Positions 55,952-64,000 of a DNA stretch of 64,000 nt are shown here, in pieces (the stretch's first letter is position 1; every line of letters begins with the position of its first letter). This DNA is from an uncultured bacterium (GTDB taxonomy: Bacteria > Cyanobacteriota > Vampirovibrionia > Gastranaerophilales > Gastranaerophilaceae). The notes beneath the pieces were generated by a model. The model had not been told where the DNA came from, did not search any database, and was given only the letters and a program-made list of their open reading frames with translations. Location: the NCBI GenBank assembly GCA_902792085.1, contig CADAYE010000002.1, forward strand, positions 2,713 through 66,712, in the 5' to 3' direction. The position numbers and the translations under genes were made by a program.

Positions 55952-58333
55952 TCACTTTATCTCAACTACGCTGACACCGTCTCCACCTTCTGAGTCTTCG
56001 CCGGGTCTGAATTTGGCAACATAGGGTGATGTTTTGAGAAAATCTCTTACGGCTTGTTTTAGTGCTCCTGTTCCGTGTCCATGGATTATGTATACAGGCG
56101 AAAGGTTTGCAAGACTTGCCTTATCAAGATAATTTTCGACTTCGTCTAAGGCTTCTTCTACTCGGTAACCTCTAAGGTCGAGTTCCTGACTCATGGAGTA
56201 TTTGCGAAGTTCAAATTTTTTAAATGATGTCCCCGGTATTATATTTTTCTTTGATTCTTTGTAATTTTCGTCAAGTACTGCAAGTTCATCGGTTTTGACT
56301 TTCATTGTCATATTGCCCATATCGACGGTTAATCGTTTGTTTTTGTCAGGTAAAGTAACAACTTTAACCTTTTGGTGAAGATTTTTCAACATAACAACAT
56401 CGCCTATTATAACCTTATCCCAGTCTATTTCAATATATTGTTCTTTATCCGATGCGCTATCGACATCATTTCTGAAATTCTGTTCAAGTTTTGCAAGACG
56501 GGAGTAAGCTCTGCGTGCAATTTTTTCGGTTTTTTCCTGACGGAGTTCGTCTAAAATCTGCCTAATTTCTGCTCTTGCGCTCATGATTTCCGAATCAAAT
56601 TTTATTCTTATATTTTTCAGGGTCTTTTTCTTGTCCTTTTTTACCTGATTAAGATTTTCTTCGTATTCTTTTTTGATAGAAAGAGAATCCTCTTTTAATT
56701 CCTGTGCTTTTTCAAGATTTTGGGATAATTCCTGATGGGTTTTCTGTAACTTTTCAACAACAGCAATTGTTGGATCTTTTTGGGTAATAAGTGCAGTTTT
56801 TGCTTTGTCTGTAATATCTTTATCAAGTCCCAAATTTGATGCGATAGAAATTGCATTACTCAGTCCCGGAATACCGATAAGAAGTTTATATGTCGGTTGC
56901 AGGGTTTCGGTATTAAATTCAACCGAAGCATTTTTGAAAAACGGATTTGAAAATTCAAGTGCTTTTAATTCTCCGTAGTGAGTGGTAATTACGCTTGTAA
57001 CCTTTTTTTGTGCTAACTTATCCAAAATTCCCTGCGCAAGTACTGCACCTTCAACAGGGTCTGTACCTGCACAGATTTCATCTAAAAGTACAAAAGACTT
57101 TTCGTCACTCTCATGCAAAATCTCAATAATATTTGTCATGTGGGATGAAAATGTTGAAAGACTTTCTAATATGCTCTGGTTATCTCCGATATCCGCAAAA
57201 ACATTTTTAAACGGATAAAGTTTGGCATAAGTACAAGGTAAAAACATTCCCGATTTTGCCATAAGAATAAAAAGCCCGATAGTTTTTAGAGTTACAGTCT
57301 TACCGCCTGTATTAGCCCCTGTGATTATCAGAGAATTATAATTACATTTTCCCCCGATTTCAAAATTATTTGAAACAACATCTTCCCCTTTTGAAATTAA
57401 AAGCAAAGGATGTTTCATATTTTCAAAATATATATAACCCTGCTCATCAGTGATTTCTGGCTCAACCGCTTGCAATTTTACCGCATATCTTGCCTTTGCA
57501 AAGTGAAAATCAATTTCTGCCATAATCTTTTCGCATTGTGATAGTTCTTTTAAACGACCTTTGACGAAATCAGTCAGAGAAACAAGAATTTTTATACACT
57601 CTTGCCTTATTTTTGCTTTAACTTCTCTGATTTTGTTGTTTAACGGTACAATTTGAGCAGGTTCAATATAAAATGTTTTTGCACTTGCCGATACATCATG
57701 CACAATACCGGGGATTTTTGTTTTATTTGATGCCATCACCTGAAAAACAATTCGCTCATCTCTTTGTGTATAAATATTTTCCTGCAAATATTTTGAAAAA
57801 TTCGGGTTATTTAAAAGTGAATTAACGGTATCTCGGATATTTTGTTCGGTATCTCTTAATGAAGAATAGAACCCCTTTAATTCAGGAGTTGCATTTTGCC
57901 TAATTTTTAAATTTTCATCAAAAGTTTCAAAGATTCTGTCTTCTGTTTCTTTATCGGATATTAAATTTTGAACTTTTTCTTTTAATAAAAAATTATCTTC
58001 GCTGTTTTCATTGATAAACTTCTTTAGTAATCTTGATGATTTCATGGTTTTTGCAAGGTCAATGAGTTCTTGTTCTTCAAGATACGAAAGTGAAGCATTA
58101 TTTTCAATTTTACTTACATCTGCAATAAATTCTGTCGGAGTTTCTTTTGCAAGATCAAGAATTTTTTTTGCCTCTCTTGTGAGTTCAATTTGTTCTCTGA
58201 TTTTATCAAAATCATTGTAAACAGGCATTGTAAGGCAAAGATTTTCGCTCTGCCAAAACTTTGAAAATTTGGCAAGTTCTGTTTTAATCTTGTCAAATTC
58301 CAATGATTCGTATGTTTTAGAAATGATACTCAT
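55952..58333 (-). CDS. mutS2: Endonuclease MutS2 (Smr domain)
   Basis: Walker A GANTGGKT. C-terminal Smr domain (LDLRGYRVEEAL...IIHGHGTGAL). ATG at 58333; the track start at 58351 is a TTG. Confidence 0.92.
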   Translation of the reverse strand: MSIISKTYESLEFDKIKTELAKFSKFWQSENLCLTMPVYNDFDKIREQIELTREAKKILDLAKETPTEFIADVSKIENNASLSYLEEQELIDLAKTMKSSRLLKKFINENSEDNFLLKEKVQNLISDKETEDRIFETFDENLKIRQNATPELKGFYSSLRDTEQNIRDTVNSLLNNPNFSKYLQENIYTQRDERIVFQVMASNKTKIPGIVHDVSASAKTFYIEPAQIVPLNNKIREVKAKIRQECIKILVSLTDFVKGRLKELSQCEKIMAEIDFHFAKARYAVKLQAVEPEITDEQGYIYFENMKHPLLLISKGEDVVSNNFEIGGKCNYNSLIITGANTGGKTVTLKTIGLFILMAKSGMFLPCTYAKLYPFKNVFADIGDNQSILESLSTFSSHMTNIIEILHESDEKSFVLLDEICAGTDPVEGAVLAQGILDKLAQKKVTSVITTHYGELKALEFSNPFFKNASVEFNTETLQPTYKLLIGIPGLSNAISIASNLGLDKDITDKAKTALITQKDPTIAVVEKLQKTHQELSQNLEKAQELKEDSLSIKKEYEENLNQVKKDKKKTLKNIRIKFDSEIMSARAEIRQILDELRQEKTEKIARRAYSRLAKLEQNFRNDVDSASDKEQYIEIDWDKVIIGDVVMLKNLHQKVKVVTLPDKNKRLTVDMGNMTMKVKTDELAVLDENYKESKKNIIPGTSFKKFELRKYSMSQELDLRGYRVEEALDEVENYLDKASLANLSPVYIIHGHGTGALKQAVRDFLKTSPYVAKFRPGEDSEGGDGVSVVEIK

Positions 58334-58473
58334 AAAAAAATTGTATAACAAAAACGGCTTAATTTGATTTCAGATTATCTTTTTGTTAAAATTAACCTGT
58401 TATTAAAAATTAGGGAGAACTTTAGCATAATGTAAGTCGGCTATACCAAGCCGACAAGATAAGGAGAATAACT

Positions 58474-59283
58474 ATGGACTTGATGAAAGGTAAAAAAGGT
58501 TTAATTTTTGGTGTAAGCAACACTCACGGTATCGCTTACGGTATAGCAAAAGAAATTTATGAAGCAGGCGGAGAAATTGCTTTTACTTATGCAAATGAAG
58601 CAATGGAAAAGCGTGTAAGACCTATTGCCGAAAGTTTTGGCGCAAAAATTATTATGGAATGTGATGTTACTAAAGAAGAAGATGTTAAAAAAGTTTTTGA
58701 CGAATGTGAAAAAGTTTACGGCAAATTGGATTTTGTTGTTCATGCAGTTGCATTTGCAAATAAAGAAGATTTGACAGGCAGATTTATTGATACAACAAAG
58801 GCAGGCTGGGATTTGGCACTCGGTATAAGTGCTTATTCTCTTGTAACTGTTTGTAAATATGCAGAAAATGTCATGAACGAAGGCGGTTCAATATTTGCAA
58901 TGACTTATTTAGGTTCAATATTGTCAGTTCCGGGTTATAATGTAATGGGTGTTGCAAAAGCGGCATTAGAATCTTCAATGAGATTTTTATCTGTTGATTT
59001 AGGTAAAAAAGGTGTAAGAGTCAACTGCTTGTCTGCAGGTCCTGTAAAAACACTCGCAGCAATGGGTATCGGCGGATTTTCAAAAATGCTTAAAGCCGCA
59101 GTAGCAAGAGCGCCTTTAGGAAGAAATGTTGCGTTGGAAGATGTAGGTAAAGCAGGTTTATTCCTGGCTTCAGATTTATCTTCAGGCATGACAGGTGAAG
59201 TTATCTATGCAGATTGCGGTTGCCACAGCGCTTATGCTTCAGCAGAAGAAATGGATATTCTTTCTAATAATTTGGAATTATAA
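58474..59283 (+). CDS. fabI: Enoyl-ACP reductase FabI
   Basis: GKKGLIFGVSN..., the Y-x6-K context (PGYNVMGVAKAAL) and SAGPVKTLAA. Confidence 0.92.
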   Translation: MDLMKGKKGLIFGVSNTHGIAYGIAKEIYEAGGEIAFTYANEAMEKRVRPIAESFGAKIIMECDVTKEEDVKKVFDECEKVYGKLDFVVHAVAFANKEDLTGRFIDTTKAGWDLALGISAYSLVTVCKYAENVMNEGGSIFAMTYLGSILSVPGYNVMGVAKAALESSMRFLSVDLGKKGVRVNCLSAGPVKTLAAMGIGGFSKMLKAAVARAPLGRNVALEDVGKAGLFLASDLSSGMTGEVIYADCGCHSAYASAEEMDILSNNLEL

Positions 59284-59310
59284 TTACTGATTAAAAATTA
59301 ATTGACATAG

Positions 59311-59357
59311 CGGGAATTTTAAGATTCTGAAATAAATTCAGAATGACAAAATTCCCG
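59311..59357. repeat. Nested hairpin element, also the likely fabI terminator
   Basis: Outer stem CGGGAATTTT / AAAATTCCCG (59311-20 and 59348-57). Inner stem ATTCTGAA-ataaa-TTCAGAAT. Followed by TTTGTTTT. The inner hairpin is homologous to 28421-28446. Confidence 0.7.
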
Positions 59358-59387
59358 TTTGTTTTAAAAATATGCTATAATACCCTT

Positions 59388-61052
59388 ATGAACGAAAAAC
59401 TGAAAGAAAGTTTAAAAATGTTGCCCGAACTTCCGGGGTGTTATATTTATTACAATTCGGATAATGAAATTATTTATGTCGGGAAAGCAAAAATTTTAAA
59501 ACGCAGAGTAAAATCATACTTTAACCGCAAACACGATAGTGTAAAGGTTAATGTTTTGGTTTCTCAAATAGACCATCTTGAATATATTATTACAAATTCT
59601 GAAGTCGAAGCGTTGATTTTGGAAAGTCATTTAATTAAAAAGCATAAGCCCAAATATAATATTTTGTTAAAAGACGATAAGAAATATCCTTATTTTCTTA
59701 TAACAGATGAAGATTTCCCACGAATACAAATTGTTCGTAAGAGAAATATGAATAAATTAAAAGGCCGATATTACGGACCATATACAAATATTGGGGCTAT
59801 GCATTCTACGCTTGATTTTTTAAAGAAGATTTTTCCTCTTAAACAATGCAAAACCCCACGTTTTAAATCAAGACCTTGTCTTTATTATTCGATAGGCAAA
59901 TGTCTTGCGCCTTGTCAGGGGTTAGTTTCAAGCGAAGAATACAAAGCGGTTGTTCATCAGGCAGAATTATTTTTATCCGGCAAACAGTCTGAACTTATGG
60001 AGCAACTAATGACACAAATCCAAAAATACTCCGATTCTTTGCAGTTTGAAAAGGCGGCAAGGCTTCGTGACAGTTATTTTGATTTGCAAAAAACTCTTGA
60101 AAAGCAAAAAGTTGTATATGAAAATACAAGATTAAATGAGGATGTAATTTCTCTTGCGCATGAAGACGGAATTTTAGTTATTGTAATTATGATGATTAGA
60201 GAAGGCAGGCTTATTGATAAAAAAGATTTTACTTTTGATGTTGAATCAGAAGATAAAATTGAGTATTTTGAAACATTTTTCAAAGAATACTACAACACAT
60301 TGTCTTTGGAATTTCCTGACAGAATTGTTTCTGATGTACTGGAGCAGGTCGGGAATAAGTCTTTGTATGAACAGTGGCTAAAAATAATATCTAATAAAAA
60401 TGTAAGAATAAGTTACGGTAAATCTGCGCAGGGTAAAGAACTCCAAAAACTTGCCGATAAAAATGCACAAGTTATATTAAATAATGCAAAACTTTCAAAA
60501 ATGTCAAAAATCAATGAAGACTTTAATCAAATCGGTGCATTTTTGAAAGAAAAATTAAAACTGAATAATTTCCCATACAGAATGGAATGTTATGATATTT
60601 CGCACATTCAGGGGACAAATACCGTAGCATCAATGGTAACATTTATAAACGGATTAAGTAAAAAATCCGAATACCGAAAGTTTAAAATTAAATCAACCGA
60701 AGGAAAACCCGATGACTTTTTATCAATGAAAGAGGTCTTAACAAGACGACTCTCCCGTTTGGGAGAAAAAGGCTGGGATAAACCGGACTTAATTATAATT
60801 GATGGCGGCAAAGGACAACTTTCAAGTGTCATGAAGGTCGTAAAAGATATGGGTATTTCCGGAATTGATTTTGTCAGTCTTGCAAAAAGACAAGAAGAAG
60901 TATTTTTGCCGCGACAATCAAAATCAATACTTTTACCCAGAGAATCAAGCGCATTGTTTTTAATTCAAAGAATAAGAGATGAAGCGCACAGGTTTGCAAT
61001 AACTTATCACAGGAAACTAAGAGGGAAAAACAGTTTGAACGATAAGTCTTAG
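59388..61052 (+). CDS. uvrC: Excinuclease ABC subunit C (no C-terminal HhH2 domain)
   Basis: GIY-YIG (PGCYIYYN...IYVGKA), UVR (FEKAARLRD) and the endonuclease domain. The ATG at 59388 lies 6 nt after TGCTATAAT. The track start at 59343 lies inside the upstream hairpin. Confidence 0.9.
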   Translation: MNEKLKESLKMLPELPGCYIYYNSDNEIIYVGKAKILKRRVKSYFNRKHDSVKVNVLVSQIDHLEYIITNSEVEALILESHLIKKHKPKYNILLKDDKKYPYFLITDEDFPRIQIVRKRNMNKLKGRYYGPYTNIGAMHSTLDFLKKIFPLKQCKTPRFKSRPCLYYSIGKCLAPCQGLVSSEEYKAVVHQAELFLSGKQSELMEQLMTQIQKYSDSLQFEKAARLRDSYFDLQKTLEKQKVVYENTRLNEDVISLAHEDGILVIVIMMIREGRLIDKKDFTFDVESEDKIEYFETFFKEYYNTLSLEFPDRIVSDVLEQVGNKSLYEQWLKIISNKNVRISYGKSAQGKELQKLADKNAQVILNNAKLSKMSKINEDFNQIGAFLKEKLKLNNFPYRMECYDISHIQGTNTVASMVTFINGLSKKSEYRKFKIKSTEGKPDDFLSMKEVLTRRLSRLGEKGWDKPDLIIIDGGKGQLSSVMKVVKDMGISGIDFVSLAKRQEEVFLPRQSKSILLPRESSALFLIQRIRDEAHRFAITYHRKLRGKNSLNDKS

Positions 61053-61555
61053 GAAAGTCTGCGCCTGTTTGCTCTTAGAAAATCTTTTACTTCTTTTTTA
61101 ATTTGTTTTTTGCGCTCTATACGCTGTGCCCCCTGTATTCTTCCCACTGTAGTTTTTGCCTCTTGAACTCTCTTAATTTTTCCGTTTGTATCAATTTCAA
61201 TGGCGTAATCATCCGATTCTTCGTGGTCCCCTAATGATGTTAAATTATCACGGAAATTTTTATATATTCCCGTCAATTCTGAAACTACTGCATAGTTCCC
61301 AATCCATTTGTGGACATATTTTTCATCAGGTCCGAGACCTCCTTCCATTCTCGTTCCGTCTCTGAGGCTGTATGTTGCTTCAGAAATACCAATTCGGATA
61401 CTGATGTGCGGATATCGCACTGTTTCATCCATTGCAAGTTTAATGTTGTTGTATTTTGATACATTCAAATTCATAGCAGATGAATTGTGAGCATCTGATT
61501 GAGACTCTATAATGTATGCTTGAAGTTTATTTGCCATTTCGTTTAATGTTGTCAT
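61049..61555 (-). CDS. Hypothetical basic-tailed protein
   Basis: 168-aa ORF. Its stop overlaps the uvrC stop convergently. It lies 14 nt downstream of the UPF0210 gene. Confidence 0.5.
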   Translation of the reverse strand: MTTLNEMANKLQAYIIESQSDAHNSSAMNLNVSKYNNIKLAMDETVRYPHISIRIGISEATYSLRDGTRMEGGLGPDEKYVHKWIGNYAVVSELTGIYKNFRDNLTSLGDHEESDDYAIEIDTNGKIKRVQEAKTTVGRIQGAQRIERKKQIKKEVKDFLRANRRRLS

Positions 61556-61569
61556 AATTTGATACCCGT

Positions 61570-62931
61570 TTAATTATTTAAACTATGTATTGGGGCTGGA
61601 ATTCTCCCTCCCCTTTTTACAAAATTATCTGAAGTTAAATCACTTACGTTCATAATCGGCGCATCTCCGAGAAGCCCGCCAAAATGTACACTTTGCCCTG
61701 CTTTCTTACCAATAGCGGGAATAATTCTTACTGCTGTTGTTTTTTTATTAATCATTCCAATTGCCATTTCATCTGCAATCATACCGGCAATAGTACTTTC
61801 AGGTGTATTTCCAGGAATTGCTATCATGTCAAGTCCCACAGAACAAACCGAAGTCATTGCTTCAAGTTTTTGAATATTTATATATTCTTTTTGTGCTGCT
61901 TCAATCATTCCCGCATCTTCAGAAACAGGAATAAACGCACCTGACAGACCTCCGACATGAGAACTTGCCATTATACCGCCTTTTTTTACAGCATCATTTA
62001 GCATAGCAAGTGCGGCGGTTGTTCCGTGAGCACCGGCATGTTCAAGCCCCATTGCCTGAAAAATTCCTGCTACGCTGTCACCAACCGCAGGAGTCGGCGC
62101 AAGTGATAAGTCTATTACTCCAAACGGAATCCCCAATCTTTTAGATAATTTTCTGCCGATAAGTTCGCCTGTTGAAGTTATTTTATATGCGGTTTGCTTG
62201 ATTTTGTTCGCAAGTTCGCTCATATCCGCTTTATTATCCATAGCAAGTACTGCCGCTCTTACAGCCCCCGGGCCTGAAACTCCAACATTTAAAGCGGCTT
62301 CAGGTTCTCCTATACCACAAAATGCCCCTGCCATAAACGGATTATCCCCGGGGACATTGCAAAATACTACAAGTTTTGCTGCACCTATACAATCGTTATC
62401 TTTTGTCAGCAAAGCCGATTCTTTGATTATTTTTGCCATTTTTAATACGGCATCCATATTTATACCGGCTTTTGAAGATGCAACATTGACGGATGCACAT
62501 ACCCTTTGGGTTTGCGCAAGTGCCTGAGGAATACTTTCTATCAAAAGTTCATCCCCTTTTGTCATACCCTTTTCTACAAGTGCGCTGAAGCCTCCGACAA
62601 AATTCACCCCAACTTCTTTTGCTGCCATATCAAGCACCCTTGCTATTTTGACATAATCAGGATTTTTACAGGATTCTCCTATTATTGATATTGGTGTAAC
62701 AGAAATCCTTTTATTAATTATTGGGATAGAATATTCATCAGCAAGTTCATCTGCATAAGATACAAGATTTTTTGCATATTTTTTTAGTTTTGTATAAATA
62801 TTGTCACAAAGTCTGTTGATATCTTCTGATATACAATCTCTCAAACTCAGAGCCAAAGTAACCGTTCTGATGTCAAGATTGTATAACTTAATCATATTAA
62901 TCGTTTCTAATATATTATTTTCTTCAATCAT
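61570..62931 (-). CDS. UPF0210 (DUF711) family protein
   Basis: 453 aa. The N-terminus [27 protein letters not shown] and overall Gly/Ala-rich pattern are typical of the PFL4705/UPF0210 family. Confidence 0.75.
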   Translation of the reverse strand: MIEENNILETINMIKLYNLDIRTVTLALSLRDCISEDINRLCDNIYTKLKKYAKNLVSYADELADEYSIPIINKRISVTPISIIGESCKNPDYVKIARVLDMAAKEVGVNFVGGFSALVEKGMTKGDELLIESIPQALAQTQRVCASVNVASSKAGINMDAVLKMAKIIKESALLTKDNDCIGAAKLVVFCNVPGDNPFMAGAFCGIGEPEAALNVGVSGPGAVRAAVLAMDNKADMSELANKIKQTAYKITSTGELIGRKLSKRLGIPFGVIDLSLAPTPAVGDSVAGIFQAMGLEHAGAHGTTAALAMLNDAVKKGGIMASSHVGGLSGAFIPVSEDAGMIEAAQKEYINIQKLEAMTSVCSVGLDMIAIPGNTPESTIAGMIADEMAIGMINKKTTAVRIIPAIGKKAGQSVHFGGLLGDAPIMNVSDLTSDNFVKRGGRIPAPIHSLNN

Positions 62932-62932
62932 A

Positions 62933-63625
62933 CTAATGCTTTAATCCAAAGAATGTTGCTATGCTCCAGTCGGAAACCTTTAATTTTATTTCTACTCGTC
63001 GGCTTTTTGCCATATCTTCTTTGCCCTGGTCATCAAGAATTAAGTCATTAAAACTACGTCCCTCAACTGTTATCATATGGCGAAAACCTTCATTATATTC
63101 GGGTTTATATTTGCCGCCTAACATATATGATGCAACTGAATTTGCTCTTTTTGTACTCAAATCCATGTTATATACAAACTGGTCATTTATATTCGTAAGA
63201 CCAGCAAACGCTTGTGAATCCGTATGCCCTTGTATAATAATGCTGTCAATATTATTTACAAGTTTTTTGCTTGAAAAAATTGTGTTTACATAAATAGGAG
63301 TTAACTTATCAAGAAACTGTTTTCCCTCAGGTTTTAAAACATAACTGTTAACTTCAAAAAGTGCAGATGACGGAATTTTTAAGTCCCCTGTCATACGGTC
63401 AATTTTAGCATTAATATGTTGTTTTTGAAGTTCACTTTCTATTTTTTTTGCAACTTCCATTTTTACACGCTGTTGCTGAACCGATTTTTGGTTAAAGCCT
63501 GTCATTGCAAGTACAAACAGGGTAATGAAGATAATCGCCAAACCTAACATAAGGTCTGACATCGTTACCCAAAAAATGTTATTATTATCTTCTTCCGGTC
63601 CGTGTTTTCTTTGCATTATTGCCAT
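62933..63625 (-). CDS. MotB-like OmpA-domain protein
   Basis: [22 protein letters not shown], a TM segment with a conserved Asp. C-terminal OmpA-like GHTDS...[12 protein letters not shown]...RRVEI. Confidence 0.75.
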   Translation of the reverse strand: MAIMQRKHGPEEDNNNIFWVTMSDLMLGLAIIFITLFVLAMTGFNQKSVQQQRVKMEVAKKIESELQKQHINAKIDRMTGDLKIPSSALFEVNSYVLKPEGKQFLDKLTPIYVNTIFSSKKLVNNIDSIIIQGHTDSQAFAGLTNINDQFVYNMDLSTKRANSVASYMLGGKYKPEYNEGFRHMITVEGRSFNDLILDDQGKEDMAKSRRVEIKLKVSDWSIATFFGLKH

Positions 63626-63638
63626 TTATTAAATTCTC

Positions 63639-64000
63639 CTAAAATAGCCCGTCAACTTCGTCACCGCCTTTAGCGCCTTTTGCGACCTCTTTCATTTGTT
63701 TATTAAGTTGGTTTAAGCCAAAAATCATATTTTCTAAGTAAGGAACAAGATTTGCGGCCATTGTTTCGTTAAAAGCACTTTTAAATTGTTTTGGCATAGT
63801 ACTGATAATATTTGCTGCAGAATTATTCTGAATTTTCGATTCTCTTAATATCTCATATAAGAATTTTTCAGATGAAATACTTGCAAACAATTCGCCTATC
63901 ATATTTTGTATTTTGCTTAAAGGCTTTTTGCAAAGTTGTTGAAATAATGATTTTTCCACAAGCAAGTATATAAGTGAAGATGATACCGCAACAACTGATA
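63639..64000 (-). CDS. C-terminal part of a membrane protein (5' end off window), possible partner of the MotB-like protein
   Basis: The reading frame stays open to the window edge (...SVVAVSSSLIYLVEKS...). A ~105-aa helical tail follows. I see no recognisable MotA/ExbB motif. Confidence 0.4.
   Translation of the reverse strand, partial: SVVAVSSSLIYLLVEKSLFQQLCKKPLSKIQNMIGELFASISSEKFLYEILRESKIQNNSAANIISTMPKQFKSAFNETMAANLVPYLENMIFGLNQLNKQMKEVAKGAKGGDEVDGLF

Noticed and set aside
59343-59387. Upstream start of uvrC at 59343
   Set aside because: This ATG lies inside the fabI terminator and repeat hairpin. The GIY-YIG domain begins right after the ATG at 59388, which is preceded by a consensus extended -10.
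62933-64000. Zorya-type (ZorA/ZorB) defence system
   Set aside because: Only a MotB-like protein is visible. The downstream genes are UPF0210 and a small basic protein, not ZorC/D-like. The partner's tail is far shorter than a ZorA tail as far as can be seen.

Overview
AT-rich bacterial chromosomal segment, densely coded on both strands. I found no rRNA, tRNA, CRISPR array or recognisable transposase or phage gene. Confidently recognised housekeeping genes: truB, rbfA, adk, clpC, glgA, atpD-atpC, trxA, pgpH-ybeY-dgkA, trmD-rimM, nifS-nifU, an RluD-like synthase, lspA, mutS2, fabI and uvrC. Other assignable genes are a CHASE2 nucleotidyl cyclase, an Eda-like aldolase, CsaB plus an SLH-domain protein, a GlpT/UhpC-type MFS antiporter and a UPF0210 protein. 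The stand-alone atpD-atpC pair, ClpC, GlgA, NifS/NifU and SLH+CsaB suggest a cyanobacteria-related non-photosynthetic lineage (Melainabacteria-like), but this is inference only. Between the housekeeping genes sit many lineage-specific ORFs: membrane-anchored, repeat-rich or low-complexity proteins. The items I consider most worth follow-up are these. (1) A 764-nt ORF-free gap holding a G-rich, C-poor candidate non-coding transcript with five GGAUAG/GGGAUAA motifs, divergent from a translationally coupled pair of HTH-WYL-WCX regulators. (2) A three-gene cluster whose products share an N-terminal TM-anchor module and which ends in an R-S-ExE mono-ADP-ribosyltransferase. (3) Two copies of a ~230-bp element with conserved, end-specific terminal inverted repeats and unrelated GC-rich structured cores, plus several smaller hairpin repeats. 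(4) A secreted Cys/Lys-rich protein two genes from a CDF transporter that lacks its C-terminal domain. (5) Recurrent TGCTATAAT-N6/7-ATG arrangements that imply leaderless mRNAs. (6) A 20-nt duplication of the lspA 3' end flanking a perfect 18-nt palindrome. All functional calls come from motif recognition by eye, with no database search.
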